Assembly (NCBI GenBank): GCA_965262015.1
Contig: OZ253494.1
Coordinates: forward strand, 1,402,720-1,466,719
Length of the DNA stretch: 64,000 nt
Direction of reading: 5' to 3'
From: Leptospiria bacterium
GTDB lineage: Bacteria > Spirochaetota > Leptospiria > Turneriellales > CBDBES01
Positions within the stretch are counted from its first letter, which is position 1. Each line of letters opens with the position of its first letter. The notes below the pieces were generated by a model. That model was not told where the DNA came from. It made no database searches and saw only the letters and a list, made by a program, of their open reading frames with translations. A program made the translations under genes and the position numbers. Of this stretch, positions 10,154 to 15,591 are shown one piece after another.

Positions 10154-10630
10154 TTATTTTGTTTCACGTGAAACAATTTCTGGTTTGTTATTTTGTTTAC
10201 TGCCACTAACACTAATTATATCTTGCAGTTTAATGTTTCTATTATTTACTTTTAAGAATGCTTGTTTAGAGCTATCAAAGAAAACTTGTTTCACAGTACC
10301 TGTTATATTTTCTCCAGTTATAAAATCTTTTCCTGTGATTGTTTTTCCAATTAATAAATTAGCTTGAAATCCTTTTAGTGAATTAATGGAAGAAGCCACA
10401 TTATGCATTTGTTCCAACGCAGAGAACTGTGCCATTTGTGAAATGAATTCACGGTCATTTACTGGATTAAGTGGATCCTGGTGTTCTAATTGTTTAATCA
10501 GTAATTTTAAAAAGCTTGCTTTATTTAATTCATCATTTCTCCGGCCAGTAACAATAGTTTTCCGATAAGAATTATTAAAATTACTTTTTACATCATTTAC
10601 ATTAACATTATATTGCTGTACACTAGGCAT
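10154..10630 (-). CDS. flgD: Flagellar hook assembly/capping protein FlgD
   Basis: The segment FLKLLIKQLEHQDPLNPVNDREFISQMAQFSALEQ is the FlgD N-terminal signature. I chose the start at 10630 because a GGAGG SD lies 6 nt upstream, and this start overlaps the fliK stop. Confidence 0.85.
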   Translation of the reverse strand: MPSVQQYNVNVNDVKSNFNNSYRKTIVTGRRNDELNKASFLKLLIKQLEHQDPLNPVNDREFISQMAQFSALEQMHNVASSINSLKGFQANLLIGKTITGKDFITGENITGTVKQVFFDSSKQAFLKVNNRNIKLQDIISVSGSKQNNKPEIVSRETK

Positions 10631-11948
10631 ACAAACCTCCTTGTATTTCTTCTGTGTTAGTAAGATTATAAGAAATACCATCAATCATATTATTATTCTC
10701 ATTTTGTTTTTGATTAGAATTAGTATGATGTTCCAACTCATTATTAGAATTATCTAGATTAACATCAAACTGTTTAATGTCATAGCCATCTTCTTTAAGA
10801 TGATTAAGTAAAGTTTCCATTCTGCCTAATAATTCTTTTTGGACGATCGTATTTTCTACCAAAAAATTTCCATTTAAACTACCATCCACTAAAGATAGTT
10901 TCATTGAAATTTTACCTAATTCTTTGGGATATAGTTGGGCACTAAACATAGCATTATCTTTATCTTTGACCAACATTTTTGATTTTAAAATAAAACTTTG
11001 TAGTTGCTTACCTATCTCGCTACTAGTAAACTTATTATTCATTAATTGTTTGAATAGTGGTTGCATTATCTTTTGTTTGCCTTGCATAATATTAATGGCA
11101 CCATATGCTTTTATACTATTTTTCACTCTAGCAATATTATTTTTAAAGAATTCATTATGTTCTTGATTGCCACTTTTATTAGAGTTAGTGGAAGGATTAT
11201 CCATATTCATGGCCATCATATTTGTTTCACGTGAAACATTTTGAGTTATTTCTGGAACAAACAAACTATTTTTATTCTTTGTTTTATGTGATGAATTATT
11301 AGAACTATCCTCAGTAGTTATCTGTGTAGCTATTGTATTAAATATTTTTTTAGATGCTTGCTGAATAACTTTATGATCTTTATTAGATATGTCTGTGTGG
11401 TTTTCATTTATCTCTATACCATTAGGATCTTCTTTATCTACTTGGTTAGATTTTATATGTGTTTCTAGATCTTCAATAGACGTATGAACAATTGCGTTAG
11501 CCTTAATCTCATTATGTTTTTGCATTGTGACTTCTGGCGTATGTTTTTGCACTGTGACTTCTGGCATATGTTTATGTGCTGTGACTTCTGGCGTATGTTT
11601 GTGTTGTGTTTTGATGGTAGTTGATTGTGGTGCATCTTCATTAGGTATTTTTTGCTTTGTAGCTATTGGAGTATTGTCTATATTTTGTTTTAGAATATCT
11701 GAATCGTTGATAGGTTCCCGCACATTATTATTTTTATCAGCGACTAAATTATGAAAATACGAATCTTGATTTTTTTCAGATATACTATTATTGTTCTTTA
11801 GGTTTTCGCTCTGTATCATTGTTATAAATGAGAGAGGGTTCATAGTAGTTTCCCATTTTGTACGAACCTTGCGTTCTTTGGTAATTTTATTAAGATCTAG
11901 TTGTAGATGATTCTCTTGTTCTACCTTATGTGACAAAGTCTGTACCAT
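10623..11948 (-). CDS. fliK: Flagellar hook-length control protein FliK-like
   Basis: It sits upstream of flgD-flgE and has a low-complexity N/Q/S-rich body. The C-terminal region LYPKELGKISMKLSLVDGSLNGNFLVENTIVQKELLGRMETLLNHLKEDG resembles the Flg_hook domain. Confidence 0.7.
   Translation of the reverse strand: MVQTLSHKVEQENHLQLDLNKITKERKVRTKWETTMNPLSFITMIQSENLKNNNSISEKNQDSYFHNLVADKNNNVREPINDSDILKQNIDNTPIATKQKIPNEDAPQSTTIKTQHKHTPEVTAHKHMPEVTVQKHTPEVTMQKHNEIKANAIVHTSIEDLETHIKSNQVDKEDPNGIEINENHTDISNKDHKVIQQASKKIFNTIATQITTEDSSNNSSHKTKNKNSLFVPEITQNVSRETNMMAMNMDNPSTNSNKSGNQEHNEFFKNNIARVKNSIKAYGAINIMQGKQKIMQPLFKQLMNNKFTSSEIGKQLQSFILKSKMLVKDKDNAMFSAQLYPKELGKISMKLSLVDGSLNGNFLVENTIVQKELLGRMETLLNHLKEDGYDIKQFDVNLDNSNNELEHHTNSNQKQNENNNMIDGISYNLTNTEEIQGGLYA
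11527..11607 (-). repeat. 3 x 27-nt in-frame tandem repeat inside fliK
   Basis: GTGACTTCTGGCRTATGTTTWTGYRCT occurs three times and encodes (H/Q)KH(T/M)PEVT(A/V/M). Confidence 0.85.
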
Positions 11949-12150
11949 ATCCGCCAGCTATCGGCATTTATTTATTTTATTTAACAAAAAATTATATGTA
12001 GTAGATTCTATTTGAATGATGGTGGTTTAATTTAGTTATATTTTTTAAAAATTATATCTCATGAAAGAGAAATACATAGAATCCTTGAATAAGATCAAGA
12101 AGAGTTTACGATATTACAAAGATAATGAGATTCATAAAAAAGCAGGGATT

Positions 12151-12645
12151 GAAGAGCCAGTACCATCTCTGTACAAAATAAACTTGGTTAGCGGTTTTCC
12201 ATTGTAAAGATGGCTTACACATGTTATTAATTATGGTACAAGATCTAAATATATTTTTTTATTTGAACACCTGATCATCTGCCTTTCTGTTAAAATATTT
12301 TTTTAGTTGTTTGATAGAGTTTTTAACCTGCCCTTTTTGTCATGATAAACCCATAGCCAATACATATACAGGAGCATATAGCATTTTCTGTAAATTTATA
12401 AATGATATATTTTCAGTTCCCCTATCACAAATTATCACCCGTATATTTGCCACTCAAGAAAATAAATATTTTCATGTTATATATAAACCTAAAATAAATG
12501 TATATATGAGCTATTTTTCAATAGCTCATATTCTCTAATAAATACTTCTGCATATTTTCATTAGTCATTCTCCTTATTTTTCATCTTTTTAAGAAAAACA
12601 GCTCATGAATACCTTAAACTGTCCAGGGTTGAACTGGCCTTTCAA
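12151..12645 (-). mobile_element. IS30-family remnant (copy 2), internally deleted; forms the left boundary of the array
   Basis: The right-end IR-like GAAGAGCCAGTACCATCTCTGTACAAAATAAACTTGGTTAGC aligns over 42 nt with copy 4 at 52454. It carries a degraded transposase C-terminal region, and the left-end region ends at ...CCAGGGTTGAACTGGCCTTTCAA. Confidence 0.7.
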
Positions 12646-12692
12646 CCAGTTACATAATTTCTTGACTATACACACCTACATCAGATTTATAT

Positions 12693-12727
12693 TTTTCTAA
12701 ATAGGCAGAGCATGCCTATTTAGAAAA
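12693..12727 (+). promoter_or_regulatory. Conserved palindrome/hairpin (15-bp stem, 5-nt loop) ending 8 nt before the start codon of paralog 1
   Basis: The sequence is TTTTCTAAATAGGCA-GAGCA-TGCCTATTTAGAAAA. Copies lie upstream of all four paralogs, and no Shine-Dalgarno is visible between the palindrome and the ATG. Confidence 0.55.
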
Positions 12728-12734
12728 TACAAAT

Positions 12735-14615
12735 ATGAAATACATAAAAAATATGAACACTACGTTAATGAATAGCGTCAATTGGCATCCAAGATGGTCA
12801 TTAGTTATGTGTGTTGGTCTTATGGTATTTATGATCTTTGGCGTATCTCTGTCTACAGGATGTTCTATCACCTTTCCAGGTAGAATAGTCAATCCCCCTC
12901 CCCTCCCTGATATAGATTGCCCTACAGGTATGGCTCGCCTTGCAAATACTTCTAAAAAAACTACAGACACCTGCATGCTTGATGCCGGTGGTGATGGTAT
13001 TCCTAATTCCACGGATACTGATGGCGATGGTATTCCTGATTCCATGGATGTAGATGCTGATGGTGATGGTTTGATAGAGATAAAAACTGCTGAGATGCTA
13101 GATAACATGCGCTATGATTTGGCGGGAACAAGCTATAAGACCTCGGCGACACAAACAACAGGTAATACAGATGGTTGCCCTGCTGTTGGCAGTGGTGGTT
13201 GTAACGGCTACGAACTAACGGCCGACATTGATCTTTTGAGCTTGCTTGATGCCAACGGTAATGGGATGATCGATACGACGATGGAGGGCATTGATAAAAA
13301 TGCCGACGGCGATACTACAGATATCGGTGAGCAAATAACAGTTATTGATACTACTGCAGATACAAGCTGGATGCCTATTGGTGATAATTCGACAAATGAT
13401 GACATAACTCGCTTCACAGGCACTTTTGAGGGCAACAACCATACTATCGCCAACCTTTGGGTGAATATCTCTTCTTCTGCCTCTAACGCCTATGCGGGTT
13501 TGTTTGGCGTGACGGGTGGCACGGTGACCATTCGCAACCTGGAGATTATCGACGGCTCAATTTATTCTTATTCCACGGGTTCTAATTTTAATCCTGTCTC
13601 TGGCGGTCTGGTGGGACTTTCTGCTGCTTCTTTGATGATTATGAATAGTACTTTTAGTGGGTCTGGTGGAGTCTTTTCTTCTGCCGCTGCTAATTCTACT
13701 AATACTCTTTCTCGCTCAGGTGGCATGGTAGGGCAGGCTGATAATACTTTGACGATCATCAAGTGTATTTTTAGTGCATCTGGTGGAGTCTCTTCTTCTT
13801 CTACTAATTCTTCTTCCCGTTCTGATTCTGGTGGTCTAGTGGGTACTTCTTCGTCTTTAACAATAACCAATAGTACTTTTAGTGGGTTAGGTGGGGTTTC
13901 TTCTTCCTCTACCGCTACTACTACTCTTCGTGATTCTCTTGCAGGCGGTATTGTTGGTTTTCCTACTGGTATCTCAACTATCACCAATTCGTATTTTAGT
14001 GGATCTGGTGGAGTCTCTTCTTCTTCTACGACTACCGATTCTTATGTTGGCGGTCTGGTGGGGACTAGTAATGCTTCTTTCATGATCAAAAATAGTTATT
14101 TTTCTGGGTTTGGTGATATCTTTTCTTTTGCTTCTGGTGGGTCGTCTATATCAGGTGGTCTGGTTGCTCACAGTCACCATGGCACTCCTTTAACGATCAT
14201 CAATAGTTATTTTAGTGGATCTGGTAAAGTCTCTTCTTCTACCTCAGGTTCTGTATCTTATTCAGGTGGTCTGGTGGGTCGTTCTACTGCTTCTTTGACG
14301 ATCACAAACAGTTATTGGAATACAGAGACATCTCAAAGTGTGGGAGGCTCTCCCCAAAACCCAAAACGGGCACAGGGTAATGCTGCGATGAACCCATCAG
14401 GCACAACTGGCCTCACCTTAGTGCAACTGCAAGCTATCACTGGCATACACCCATCTGGTCTGCCACATAGTGCCACCGACGACACCAAAGCGTGGGACCT
14501 TGGCACCGATATGCAATTACCTGCGGTTAAGCTGTGTATCCCCACGATCACAAGCGGTGTCGCTAACTGGGCGATATGTGCATCATACGGCACTCTGCTT
14601 GCCGGGCAAAGATAG
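12735..14615 (+). CDS. Surface lipoprotein paralog 1: TSP3-like Ca-binding module plus 7 GLUG-type repeats
   Basis: This 626-aa protein has a signal peptide ending LSTGC (Cys43). It carries one DCPTGMARLANTSKKTTDTC loop and the DTDGDGIPDSMDVDADGDG motif, then a core FTGTFEGNNHTIANLW...GLFG. Seven GG(L/M/I)VG...I.NS.FSG.G repeats follow, and the C-terminus is NSYWNTET...WDLGT..QLPAVKLC...LLAGQR. Confidence 0.85.
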   Translation: MKYIKNMNTTLMNSVNWHPRWSLVMCVGLMVFMIFGVSLSTGCSITFPGRIVNPPPLPDIDCPTGMARLANTSKKTTDTCMLDAGGDGIPNSTDTDGDGIPDSMDVDADGDGLIEIKTAEMLDNMRYDLAGTSYKTSATQTTGNTDGCPAVGSGGCNGYELTADIDLLSLLDANGNGMIDTTMEGIDKNADGDTTDIGEQITVIDTTADTSWMPIGDNSTNDDITRFTGTFEGNNHTIANLWVNISSSASNAYAGLFGVTGGTVTIRNLEIIDGSIYSYSTGSNFNPVSGGLVGLSAASLMIMNSTFSGSGGVFSSAAANSTNTLSRSGGMVGQADNTLTIIKCIFSASGGVSSSSTNSSSRSDSGGLVGTSSSLTITNSTFSGLGGVSSSSTATTTLRDSLAGGIVGFPTGISTITNSYFSGSGGVSSSSTTTDSYVGGLVGTSNASFMIKNSYFSGFGDIFSFASGGSSISGGLVAHSHHGTPLTIINSYFSGSGKVSSSTSGSVSYSGGLVGRSTASLTITNSYWNTETSQSVGGSPQNPKRAQGNAAMNPSGTTGLTLVQLQAITGIHPSGLPHSATDDTKAWDLGTDMQLPAVKLCIPTITSGVANWAICASYGTLLAGQR

Positions 14616-14700
14616 ACGACTGCCATCCAGTGATGCTCTACTCGCTGGGCGAAGATAAGCATTACCGACAATAGTACTGAGGATAAAGTAACCAAAGGGC

Positions 14701-15066
14701 TTGCTAGGATTAAAAGAAACTGGTGTTTCAGCACCCACGACAAGTTATGGATTCGGCACTGCAACTGGAGAAATGGATGGTGGATATGGTACCTCCATTC
14801 CATCAAGCATAGGTAGTGCAGGAACTGCAACGGAGCGTGCTGCTAAGTTGACGTCAAGCGACGTTGATGTATCATCGTGGAATGATGTTAGTCAAAACAC
14901 CAAAGGTGCTTGGAACTTCGGTACCCTTATGCAAATCCCTGCCCTTAAATACGCCGACTATGACGGTACTGGTACTATATTCTATTGCAACAGTGTTATG
15001 TCTACACCTACAACTGGAATTCCTATTCCTAACTGTGGTGAATTCATCCCTGGACAGGCTAGGTAG
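14701..15066 (+). CDS. Hypothetical 121-aa ORF homologous to the C-terminal domain of the lipoprotein paralogs (possible domain relic)
   Basis: It has a TTG start. Its C-terminus TKGAWNFGTLMQIPALKYADYDGTG..FYC...IPNCGEFIPGQAR parallels TKAWDLGTASQLPAVKLC...CASYGALLAGQR. An identical copy lies at 23702-24067. Confidence 0.35.
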   Translation: MLGLKETGVSAPTTSYGFGTATGEMDGGYGTSIPSSIGSAGTATERAAKLTSSDVDVSSWNDVSQNTKGAWNFGTLMQIPALKYADYDGTGTIFYCNSVMSTPTTGIPIPNCGEFIPGQAR

Positions 15067-15130
15067 AAGGTGGTGAAAGAGATCATATCACCTTCTGCTT
15101 AAGAATATATCTGCAGGGCTTTAAGGAATT

Positions 15131-15175
15131 GAGCGTTAGAGCTGAACAGAGCCAAAACAATAGACCTGGCTTAGC
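15131..15175 (-). repeat. Extra solo copy of the IS right-end IR-like sequence
   Basis: GAGCGTTAGAGCTGAACAGAGCCAAAACAATAGACCTGGCTTAGC resembles the IR region CTGGACAGAATAGACTTGGTTAGC of copy 4. It recurs at about 21261 and about 24140. Confidence 0.5.
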
Positions 15176-15215
15176 TATTATTTGCAAAATTTAGATTAGA
15201 TTTTTATTTTCTTTT

Positions 15216-15245
15216 AACGGTGTTGGTTCTTGTACCAACACCGTT
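15216..15245. repeat. Perfect 12-bp-stem hairpin (AACGGTGTTGGT-TCTTGT-ACCAACACCGTT) inside the inter-IR segment
   Basis: I read it directly, and copies lie at 21346-21375 and 24217-24246. It is absent from the unit 2/3 junction. Confidence 0.8.
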
Positions 15246-15271
15246 ATTCATGTTGATTGATCCTGTAAAAT

Positions 15272-15505
15272 CGAGAAATTAGCATTTGCTCTGGACAGAA
15301 ATAGGCCTGGCTTAGCCTAGTATCTTTATCTCATAAAAGACAGCAGATTTTGATAGATTTATTTTATGAGCTATTTTTCAATAGCTCATATTCTCTAATA
15401 AATACTTCTGCATATTTTTATTAGTTATTCTCCTTATTTTTCATCTTTTTAAGAAAAACAGCTCATGAATACCTTAAACCGTCCAGGGTTGAACTAGCCT
15501 TTCAA
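15272..15505 (-). mobile_element. MITE-like IS30 derivative at the unit 1/2 boundary
   Basis: The right-end IR-like ...CTCTGGACAGAAATAGGCCTGGCTTAGCC is joined directly to the IS 5' region (GAGCTATTTTTCAATAGCTC...AAGAAAAACAGCTCATGAATACCTTAAACCGTCCAGGGTTGAACTAGCCTTTCAA). There is no transposase ORF. Confidence 0.6.
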
Positions 15506-15550
15506 CCAGTTACACAATTCTTGACCATACACATCTACTTAGGTGCATGG

Positions 15551-15583
15551 CTTCTAAATAGGCAGAGTATGCCTATTTAGAAG
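15551..15583 (+). promoter_or_regulatory. Conserved leader palindrome (14-bp stem) upstream of paralog 2
   Basis: The sequence is CTTCTAAATAGGCA-GAGTA-TGCCTATTTAGAAG. The outer stem pair C:G replaces the T:A of units 1 and 3, so both arms changed. Confidence 0.55.
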
Positions 15584-15591
15584 ATACAAAT

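Noticed and set aside
12061-12207. A 48-aa ORF (MKEKYIESLNKIKKSLRYYKDNEIHKKAGIEEPVPSLYKINLVSGFPL) lies between the fliK promoter region and the array.
   Set aside because: Its last ~19 codons are read from the IS right-end IR sequence (from 12151), so it is at best a truncated relic. It is too short and unsupported to call.
12662-12693. A sigma70-like promoter might drive the paralogs, with a -35 TTGACT at 12662 and a TATATT at 12688.
   Set aside because: The spacing is ~20 nt. In units 2 and 4 only the -35-like TTGACC is conserved, with no matching -10 at a proper distance. I cannot call a promoter from sequence alone.
14470-14658. The 62-aa ORF overlapping the end of paralog 1 and the 70-74-aa ORFs at 14864-15076, 20983-21207 and 23865-24077 were considered.
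   Set aside because: They are alternative frames of the C-terminal-domain or tail sequences. The homologous, motif-bearing frame is a different one.
15216-15245. The 12-bp-stem hairpin could be a rho-independent terminator for the upstream plus-strand genes.
   Set aside because: The T-rich run lies 5' of the stem on the plus strand, and the 3' side (ATTCATGTTG) is not U-rich. On the minus strand the stem is followed by an A-rich run. It therefore does not fit a canonical intrinsic terminator in either direction, and I kept it only as an unexplained structured repeat.
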